DNA of 64,000 nt from Patescibacteria group bacterium (GTDB taxonomy: Bacteria > Patescibacteriota > Minisyncoccia > Minisyncoccales > UBA5738): NCBI GenBank assembly GCA_034678605.1, contig JAXDBQ010000032.1, positions 40,265 to 104,264 on the forward strand, read 5' to 3'. Shown here in pieces: positions 49,840 to 56,823 of the stretch (positions are counted from its first letter, which is position 1; each line of letters begins with the position of its first letter). The position numbers and the translations under genes were made by a program. The notes below the pieces were generated by a model, which saw nothing but the letters and a program-made list of their open reading frames with translations, made no database searches and had not been told where the DNA came from.

Positions 49840-49913
49840 TGGACGATACAGGATTCGAACCTGTGGCCTACTCGGTGTAAACGAGTCGCTCTGGCCGGCT
49901 GAGCTAATCGTCC
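49840..49913 (-). tRNA. tRNA-Val(TAC)
   Basis: Cloverleaf; loop TT-TAC-AC. Confidence 0.93.
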
Positions 49914-50014
49914 AAGAGTAGTTGATGAGTGATGAGTTGATGAGTGGTGAGCAAATACGAAATCCCGTATTTTCTCATCAACTCATTTCTCATAAACTCA
50001 TCAACTATTCTCGG

Positions 50015-50098
50015 TGCCCGGGGCGAGATTTGAACTCGCACGGGGGTGAACCCACTAGCACCTCAAGCTAGCTTGTCTGCCGATTCCAACACCCGGGC
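50015..50098 (-). tRNA. tRNA-Leu(GAG)
   Basis: Long variable arm; loop TT-GAG-GT. Confidence 0.93.
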
Positions 50099-50174
50099 AA
50101 ATCCCGCCAGGGCGGGATAGCAGATAGTCAATAGTTGATAGTTTATCGGAAAACGATAAAAAAGCAAGAAGCGG

Positions 50175-50543
50175 TTAGGCCTCTTGCTTTGGTTTCGGTT
50201 CCACTCTTTTCAGGCGCGATTTGCGGCCTTTGGCGGTGCGGATATAGAAGATCTTGGCGCGGCGGACTTTGCCCACTTTAATCACTTCGATCCGGTCGAT
50301 GATGGGCGAGTGGATCGGGAAGATTTTTTCCACGCCCACGCCCGAGGCGATCTTGCGCACCGTGATGGCCGCGCCGGTTTCGTTGCCGTGCTTGCGGCAC
50401 AGCACCAGACCCTCAAACATCTGGATTTTGTCCTTGCCTTTGTCTTTATATTTTTGATAGACGCGCACGGTATCGCCGGCCTTGATGGCGGGCAGGTCGG
50501 TTTTCTTGACGGCTTGCGCGAACTCTTCGATTTGCTTTTCCAT
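50175..50543 (-). CDS. rplS: 50S ribosomal protein L19
   Basis: GDTVRV, FEGLV, GVGVEKIFPIHSP, KVRRAK. Confidence 0.98.
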   Translation of the reverse strand: MEKQIEEFAQAVKKTDLPAIKAGDTVRVYQKYKDKGKDKIQMFEGLVLCRKHGNETGAAITVRKIASGVGVEKIFPIHSPIIDRIEVIKVGKVRRAKIFYIRTAKGRKSRLKRVEPKPKQEA

Positions 50544-50623
50544 GTTGTTTGATGTTCAAGTATTGGATTTTTACCTTGATAACTATAAACTATAAACTGA
50601 ATTTTTGCAAGAGCAAAAATTTG

Positions 50624-50697
50624 TGGGCGTATCCCGATTCGAACGGGAGACCTTTTCAATGTCAATGAAACGCTCTAACCAGCTGAGCTATACGCCC
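50624..50697 (-). tRNA. tRNA-Val(GAC)
   Basis: Cloverleaf; loop TT-GAC-AT. Confidence 0.93.
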
Positions 50698-50877
50698 GGT
50701 GAATAGTTGATGAGTTAATGAGAAATGAGCCGGTGAGCGAAGCGCATTCTCTCATAAGCTCATTACCAATTTACTCATTTCTACCTCTGGTGTGCATGGA
50801 TGGGATCGGACCATCGGCCGCAGCTTTATGAAATTGTTGCTACAATTTCCGCCAAAAATAATAATTAATTTGGGCGG

Positions 50878-51092
50878 TGGGCGCAGATGGACTCGAACCA
50901 TCGACCCCGGCTTTATGAAACCGTTATAGCGGTTTCCGCCATTATTTTAAAAATTCTGGTAGTGGGCGTGGAAGGGATCGGACCTTCGGCCCCCACTTTA
51001 TAAGAGTGGTGCTCTAACCACTGAGCTACACGCCCAGAATTTTTAAAATAATGTCATAAGAGCCGTGCTCTAACCGACTGAGCTATGCGCCC
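50878..51092 (-). tRNA. Middle interrupted tRNA-Ile-like gene: 5' half 51092-51056, 3' half 50914-50878, ~141-nt insert
   Basis: GGGCGCATAGCTCAGTCGGTTAGAGCACGGCTCTTAT + AAAGCCGGGGTCGATGGTTCGAGTCCATCTGCGCCCA. Perfect acceptor, anticodon and T stems. Confidence 0.85.
50963..51035 (-). tRNA. Inner intact tRNA-Ile(TAT)
   Basis: GGGCGTG/CACGCCC acceptor, CCACT-CTTATAA-AGTGG anticodon arm, A73; T-loop TCCGATC. Confidence 0.9.
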
Positions 51093-51235
51093 AAATTAAT
51101 TATTATTTTTGTCATAAGAGCTGTGCTCTACCACTGAGCTACACGCGCAAGACGTAGTCAATGAGTTGTGAGAAATGAGTTGATGAAAAAATACGGGATT
51201 TTGCATTTACTCAATACTCATCAACTCGCCACTCA

Positions 51236-53062
51236 TCAACTATTTTTGATTCCTACCAGTTTTTCGTATTCTTCTTTTTCAATGGTTTCTTTTTCGATCA
51301 GGCGATTCGCGATCTTTTCCAATGTGTCGCGTTTTTCGGCCAAGATCTTTTGCGCGGTGGTTTGGCCTTCTTCGATGATTTTGGCGGTTTCGGCGTCGAT
51401 CTTGGCCGCGGTTTGTTCGGAATAATTGCGGTTGGATTCGAATTCCTGGCCCAAAAACGCCAGTTCTTCTTTTTCACCAAAAACGATCGGCCCCAGCGGC
51501 GACATGCCGTATTCTTTCACCATTTTGCGGGCGATCTTGGACGCCACTTTCAGATCGTTTGACGCTCCGGTGGACGATTGGCCAAAGATTATTTTTTCGG
51601 CGGTAAGCCCTCCCAGCAAGGTGGCAATTTCGGCGACAAAGTCGCTTTTCGACCGCAGTTTCTTTTCTTCGGCCGGGGTTTTTAAGGTGTAGCCGGCGGC
51701 CATTCCCCGTGAGATGATGGATATTTTGCGCACCGGCTCGGTTCCCGGTAAAGAAGATGACACCAGCGCGTGGCCGGATTCATGATAGGCGGCGATTTTT
51801 TTTTCTTCAACTGATAACAAATGGCTTTTCTTTTCCGGCCCCAGCATCACTTTTTCGATTGATTCCAAAAATTCTGTCTGAAAGATTTCGCTTTTGTTTT
51901 GTTTGGCCGCCAATAGTGCGGCTTCGTTGACCACATTGGCGATGTCGGCGCCCGAAAATCCGGGGGTTCGTTCGGCTACTTCCCGCAAGTTCACGTCTTT
52001 GGCCAAGGGTTTTTGCCGGCAATGAATGGCCAAGATCGCTTCGCGGTCTTTGGCGTCGGGCAGATCCAAAATGATGCGCCGGTCAAAGCGTCCCGGCCGC
52101 AGCAGCGCCGGATCAAGATATTCGGGCCGGTTGGTGGCGCCCAAAACGATGATGCCCTCGCCGCTTTCAATTCCGTCCATTTCGGCAAGGATCTGATTGA
52201 GGGTTTGTTCGCGTTCTTCGTGGCCGCCGGTGACGCCCACGCCGCGGGTTTTGCCGATGGAATCAATTTCGTCAATGAAAATTATGGCGCGTTTTACTTT
52301 GTGGGCTTGTTCAAACAAGTTGCGCACCCGGCTGGCGCCCACGCCCACGAACAATTCGATGAATTCCGAACCGGAAATGGAAAAGAAAGGCACATTGCCT
52401 TCGTTGGCGATGGCTTTTGCCAGTAGGGTCTTGCCGGTGCCGGGCAAGCCCATCAGCAGTACGCCGCGGGGGATTTTGGCGCCCATTTTCAGGTATTTTT
52501 CGGGATTTTTTAAAAAATCAATGATTTCTTGCAACTCCTCTTTGGCCTCTTTGAGGCCGGCAATATCGTTGAAGGTGGTTTTTTGTTTTGGATTGCCGCC
52601 TAAAAGGCGGGTTTTGGCTTTGGTAAAGTCGAATGCTTGCATGGCGTTGCCTTTGGCCTGGCGAAAGATCAGCGAAAACACGAATAAGATCAGCAGCAAC
52701 GGCAAGAAGCTGTAAAGCAGGGGCGCCAACCAAATCCAGACGCTGTCGTCGTTTTTTGATTCAAAATTCACCGCGGCGATCTTTTCCTTGTCCACTCCCA
52801 AATTGACCAAGGTTTGCGACAGGGATGAGTCGGCTTCTTTTTTGGCGATGGTGGTGGAAGCGGCCGCGTCGTTGTATTCGACGGTTAATTTTTCGCCGGC
52901 GATTTGGACATTCTTGATCTTGCCTTCGTTGATCTCGGCCGCCAAGCGCGAGAGGGAAATTTCCTCGGGTTTTTGGGAGTTTTGCGAAAACAACGAAAAC
53001 AGACCGGCCAAACCGACCAAAAAAATAACTACCATCGCGAAATTTTTGAAAAAGCCCTTCAT
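51236..53062 (-). CDS. ftsH: ATP-dependent zinc metalloprotease FtsH
   Basis: Two TMs, [26 protein letters not shown]. Confidence 0.98.
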   Translation of the reverse strand: MKGFFKNFAMVVIFLVGLAGLFSLFSQNSQKPEEISLSRLAAEINEGKIKNVQIAGEKLTVEYNDAAASTTIAKKEADSSLSQTLVNLGVDKEKIAAVNFESKNDDSVWIWLAPLLYSFLPLLLILFVFSLIFRQAKGNAMQAFDFTKAKTRLLGGNPKQKTTFNDIAGLKEAKEELQEIIDFLKNPEKYLKMGAKIPRGVLLMGLPGTGKTLLAKAIANEGNVPFFSISGSEFIELFVGVGASRVRNLFEQAHKVKRAIIFIDEIDSIGKTRGVGVTGGHEEREQTLNQILAEMDGIESGEGIIVLGATNRPEYLDPALLRPGRFDRRIILDLPDAKDREAILAIHCRQKPLAKDVNLREVAERTPGFSGADIANVVNEAALLAAKQNKSEIFQTEFLESIEKVMLGPEKKSHLLSVEEKKIAAYHESGHALVSSSLPGTEPVRKISIISRGMAAGYTLKTPAEEKKLRSKSDFVAEIATLLGGLTAEKIIFGQSSTGASNDLKVASKIARKMVKEYGMSPLGPIVFGEKEELAFLGQEFESNRNYSEQTAAKIDAETAKIIEEGQTTAQKILAEKRDTLEKIANRLIEKETIEKEEYEKLVGIKNS

Positions 53063-53065
53063 TTA

Positions 53066-53246
53066 AAATTCAAGCACGAAGCGCGAAGCACGAAATCCGA
53101 AACAAATTCCGCGCCCGAGGCGCGTCCGCTTTCAGCGGAAAATTTTCAAAATTTAAATATCAAAACAAAAATACGAATTTGTTTTTATCATTTGAAAATT
53201 TGAATTTCGATATTGTTTCGATATTCGATATTCGATATTCGACATT
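53066..53246. repeat. ATCGAA-family element with an internal REP-like palindrome
   Basis: GAAATCCGAAACAA / TTGTTTCGATATTCG arms; palindrome at 53108-53141. Confidence 0.8.
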
Positions 53247-53247
53247 C

Positions 53248-54078
53248 TTATTCTTGGTTGGTTGGTTCTTTTAACGACAGGAATACTTTGCCGTTGGAAA
53301 TTTCCACGATCCGGGCCGAGATTTTGTTGCCGATCTTGAAGTTTTCCGAAAGATTTTTGGTCATTTCGGCCGGAATTTGCGCGATCGGGATCAGGCCTTC
53401 GACCGCTTCGGCGCCAAAGCGCACGAAAATTCCGAATTCCATGATGCCGGTGATGTCGCCTTCGATTTCTTGGCCGTTTTTGTATTTCCGCAGGCGCTCT
53501 TCGCGCTGTTCCATTTCGGCCATCTTTTCCGACAAAATGATCTCGCCGGTTTTTGGTTTGAGGTTTAATATGCGCACCGAAAGGTCGGCACCCACGAATT
53601 TTTGCAGTTCGCGCAAGATCTTTTCCGGATCGCCGCCCATCACTTTGGGATAATGGCCGCTGGCCAATTGCGACACCGGCAAAAACGCGGGCAATCCCGC
53701 CACTTTGGCGATCAAGCCGCCTTTATTGGCGCCCGTGATCTTGATGCTCACCGGCGCGCGGTTTTCCGCCATTTCACGCAGTTCATCCCATACTAGTTTA
53801 CGCGTGGCGCCGCTCACCGACAATTCGATGTAGCCGTTTTCGTCTTCCAAGCTCACGATCTTGGCCGAGATCGGATCGCCTTCTTTGACGTCTTTGAGCC
53901 GGTCTTTGACTTCGTAGTATTCTTTGCCGCAAACAATACCGGTGCCGATGGCGCCCAAATCCACGTAAAGCGCGGATCGCTCCTGGGTGATCACCGTTCC
54001 TTTTACAATTTCTCCGGTTCGCGGAGGGTTAATTGACGCAACGGAAGCGCCGTTGCTTTTGTTGTTTTCTTTTGTCAT
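53248..54078 (-). CDS. rpsA: S1 RNA-binding protein with three S1 domains (RpsA-like)
   Basis: GANKGGL, AFLPVSQL, EFGIFV..EGLI. Confidence 0.8.
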   Translation of the reverse strand: MTKENNKSNGASVASINPPRTGEIVKGTVITQERSALYVDLGAIGTGIVCGKEYYEVKDRLKDVKEGDPISAKIVSLEDENGYIELSVSGATRKLVWDELREMAENRAPVSIKITGANKGGLIAKVAGLPAFLPVSQLASGHYPKVMGGDPEKILRELQKFVGADLSVRILNLKPKTGEIILSEKMAEMEQREERLRKYKNGQEIEGDITGIMEFGIFVRFGAEAVEGLIPIAQIPAEMTKNLSENFKIGNKISARIVEISNGKVFLSLKEPTNQE

Positions 54079-54152
54079 AGTTATCACCCTACAACATTTT
54101 GAGCCAAATTTCAAGAGGGCGCACCCGTGTTTCGCATTCGCATTTTGTATTC

Positions 54153-54272
54153 GTAGGGGCGAAACTATGTTTTCGCCCGAATTGTATTTTTGCGTTGCAT
54201 CCGTAGGGGCGGCCTTTATGGCCGCCTTTTTACATAGGCGGAAAATCGGGCAACCACAAGGGTTGCCCTTAC
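54153..54272. repeat. GTAG-type REP cluster
   Basis: GTAGGGGC followed by a hairpin; further clusters at 55512-55592 and 56108-56165. Confidence 0.8.
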
Positions 54273-54440
54273 GAATGCAAATGCCGGATTTGACTTTTGG
54301 GCTGCGGGGGGGGGTATTATTAAGTCAAAAGTCTGCGCCGGAGGCGCATTCGTCCTTTGGCGGAAAAAATCAAAAGTCAAAAGTGAAAGTCAAAAGTAAT
54401 AACCGTCAAAAATCAAAACCCTAAAGATTTTTGAAAAAAT

Positions 54441-54791
54441 ATGTTTGAAAGGCCAAATGAATCGGAAAATGATCAAAGCAATCAAGAAGCAGGCGGCGAA
54501 AAATTTGAGCTGACGCCCGAAAAGGAAAAAGAGTTAAGCGATTTAGCTTATGTTTTTATAGACAAAGTTAGGGGCGATGCCGAAGGATTTAACGGGATGG
54601 ATGGTGCGGATGCCAGCATTTATCTGTTGAATGGCTATAGAGAAAATGGTATGGCGGGTGTTGAAGAAGCGATTTTAAATCTTTTGGATCGGGCAAAATC
54701 CAATCCGGCTTATAAGGGAACGCAATTTGAAACCGGCAAACATAATGAAGATTTGGCAAAAGCGATAGTTAGGGAAGGGATAAAGGGATAG
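54441..54791 (+). CDS. Hypothetical protein
   Basis: 116-aa ORF followed by a terminator-like hairpin. Confidence 0.65.
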   Translation: MFERPNESENDQSNQEAGGEKFELTPEKEKELSDLAYVFIDKVRGDAEGFNGMDGADASIYLLNGYRENGMAGVEEAILNLLDRAKSNPAYKGTQFETGKHNEDLAKAIVREGIKG

Positions 54792-55035
54792 AGTAATAAA
54801 ACAATAAATTAATATTACGGGGGTTGAACCCCTGTAATTTTTTGGTTGGGCGGGGGCGGGGCGGTAAAAGAGGTGATTTTTGCGTTTTTGGAAAATTTAT
54901 GTTATAATTTTTCTATTATCGTTTGACTTGATTGGCTAAATTTACGTGCAATGGTCTAACCATTGCATTAACAATGGATAGACCATTGCTTTTAACCAAT
55001 TGCGTAAGTTGAGTCCTCAATAAAGAAGTGATAAG

Positions 55036-55323
55036 GTGATGAAAAAAATAAAAAACACCAAACAATACGGGTTGGCGCGGGTTTTTATTTTTCCGGCCGC
55101 GGGCAAATTCACGGCGGTTTGTTTGGATTTGGATTTGATCGAAGAAGCGGATTCGAAAAGCGAGGCGCTGGCGCAGATAAAAGAGGCGGTGAGCGGATAT
55201 CTTGCCAACGCGGTTAAAAACAATTTGGACTACGATATTTTGAATCGGCCCGCGCCGAAAAAATATTGGGATTTGTATCGAATTGATAGTTGCGCGGAAA
55301 GCGCCAATTTGTGTTTTGCTTAA
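55036..55323 (+). CDS. HicB-like protein without a visible toxin partner
   Basis: FTAVCLDLDLIEEADSKSEALAQIKEAVSGYL. Confidence 0.65.
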   Translation: MMKKIKNTKQYGLARVFIFPAAGKFTAVCLDLDLIEEADSKSEALAQIKEAVSGYLANAVKNNLDYDILNRPAPKKYWDLYRIDSCAESANLCFA

Positions 55324-55772
55324 CGCAAGGATTTAGTGCAAAATCAGCCGTCGCAAGGCAAAGCGCATAAGCACCTCCTGATTAAGTTCGCCGCAAGGCC
55401 GCGGGGGTTATGGCGGAGAGAATAAAAGGCGCACCACTCTTAATCCTTGTAAAAGCGTCCGGATATTGAATGTCCGGGCGCTTTTTCGTTCTGCGTTTGT
55501 ATTTTGTATTTGTAGGGGCGATTCTATGTAATCGCCCAGTTTGCGGTTGTTTTTTATTCGTGATGCGGGCGAAAACATAGTTTCGCCCCTACAAATGCGA
55601 ATGCGAAGGGTTGACAATCGGCGGGCGGCCGGTTTACTATCAAAGCAGACTCGCAAGAGTTGAGTTTGCGCGAAGGGCGCATCCTGCCATTGGCGGGTAA
55701 AAACAAAAAATTGAAATTTTTGCGCCAAACCGCCCATTTCGGCGGAAAAATTGAGATTTTTGCACAAATACC

Positions 55773-55907
55773 ATGATGATGGACGAAGGTACCCAAACAG
55801 GAACCCCTGTTGCCGAACCGGCCGCTACAACTCCGGAACCGGCGACAACTCAAGATGCTCCGGCGACCGAAGCTCCGGCGCAACCGGAACAAACGCCGGC
55901 CGCCTAA
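55773..55907 (+). CDS. Small acidic Pro/Ala/Thr-rich protein (44 aa, below the ORF-track cutoff)
   Basis: MMMDEGTQTGTPVAEPAATTPEPATTQDAPATEAPAQPEQTPAA*; TTGACA-18 nt-TACTAT at 55611-55640. Confidence 0.6.
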   Translation: MMMDEGTQTGTPVAEPAATTPEPATTQDAPATEAPAQPEQTPAA

Positions 55908-56195
55908 CGATCGGGCCAAAAAAAACATATCGCGCGCGGTATGTTTCGTAAAAGTTGGATAATTCCAATTTTTTGTTTTCAATCGTTTGTTTTGCCATTT
56001 TTCGTGCCTCGGCGCATGGGCGAGCCGATCACGGCGCGAAAGCAAATCAAATAGCGTTAAAGCGGGTCATTCCCGCTTTTTTGCTTGCGTTTTTTGTATT
56101 GCACCCGTAGGGGCGGCCTTTATGGCCGCCCTTTTAAAATGCGGGCGACCACAAGGGTTGCCCCTAAAATGCGAATACGGGGATTCGGCAAACCA

Positions 56196-56224
56196 TTGAC
56201 AAGTAGCAAAAAATTATCTATGCT
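56196..56224 (+). promoter_or_regulatory. sigma70-like promoter
   Basis: TTGACA-17 nt-TATGCT. Confidence 0.55.
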
Positions 56225-56242
56225 TTCGCCAGCTGTTTTGTA

Positions 56243-56725
56243 TTGATGGATGGAGGAATCTTTATAAAAATTTCGACATTTAAAGATGTAAGGTTTAAGG
56301 CTCGCGGCGGTCCGTGGGCTACAAAATCGGGTGGGAAACTTGAAGTGCTGGTGCGGTTTGATTTTTTTGGTGCGATGGATTTCTTGAATTTTTATCAAAA
56401 TTCGGGGATTCGCGGACTGCGGTTGTATATCGTAAAAGAGTTGCCTGATGGCGAAGTCGGCGGCGGCGAGTTTCATAAAGTCCGTCAAGAAATATTGATG
56501 GTAACCCAAGGCGAGGTTCTTTTTATTATCGAGGATTTGCACGGTGTTAAAAAAGAAATTACTTTAACGCCTGAAACCGGTGTGTTGTTTATCCCGATTT
56601 GGATTTTGCACACATATGTCGCAAAAAGACCAGGAAGCGAAATTTTGGTTCTCGCCAACACCGATTTTGATCCGCAAGATCCGGCTACGTATGATTCTTA
56701 TCCAAAAGAAGAATTCCATTTGTAA
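56243..56725 (+). CDS. WxcM/FdtA-like cupin
   Basis: GGGEFHKVRQE...G, LFIPIWILH, LVLANT. Confidence 0.75.
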   Translation: MMDGGIFIKISTFKDVRFKARGGPWATKSGGKLEVLVRFDFFGAMDFLNFYQNSGIRGLRLYIVKELPDGEVGGGEFHKVRQEILMVTQGEVLFIIEDLHGVKKEITLTPETGVLFIPIWILHTYVAKRPGSEILVLANTDFDPQDPATYDSYPKEEFHL

Positions 56726-56823
56726 CCTGATCTTCCGGTTCTTTTTTTATATAAACGCGCGAAGGGCTTCAATTATTCGCCAAATTTGCTACATTCAAAG
56801 TGTGTAAAATCTTATTTATTGTT

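Larger units (their letters stand above)
50788..51148 (-). tRNA. Outer interrupted tRNA-Ile-like gene: 5' half 51148-51114, 3' half 50827-50788, ~286-nt insert
   Basis: GCGCGTGTAGCTCAGTGGTAGAGCACAGCTCTTAT + AAAGCTGCGGCCGATGGTCCGATCCCATCCATGCACACCA. Anticodon stem CAGCT/AGCTG; acceptor stem has one C-A mismatch; CCA encoded. Confidence 0.75.

Noticed and set aside
50828-51113. Group I intron or archaeal-type bulge-helix-bulge intron
   Set aside because: The scaffold is only ~70 nt without the passenger, with no P3-P7 core, no terminal G and no 3-4-3 bulge geometry.
50788-51148. Assembly artefact or simple tandem duplication as the cause of the nested tRNAs
   Set aside because: The three tRNA bodies and two insert stems differ in sequence yet each pairs with its own partner, which misassembly of identical repeats would not produce. 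Read-level confirmation is still needed.
55336-55440. c-di-GMP-I riboswitch, 6S RNA or SRP RNA
   Set aside because: Only a loose resemblance; the diagnostic motifs and lengths do not fit. Kept as an unassigned candidate.
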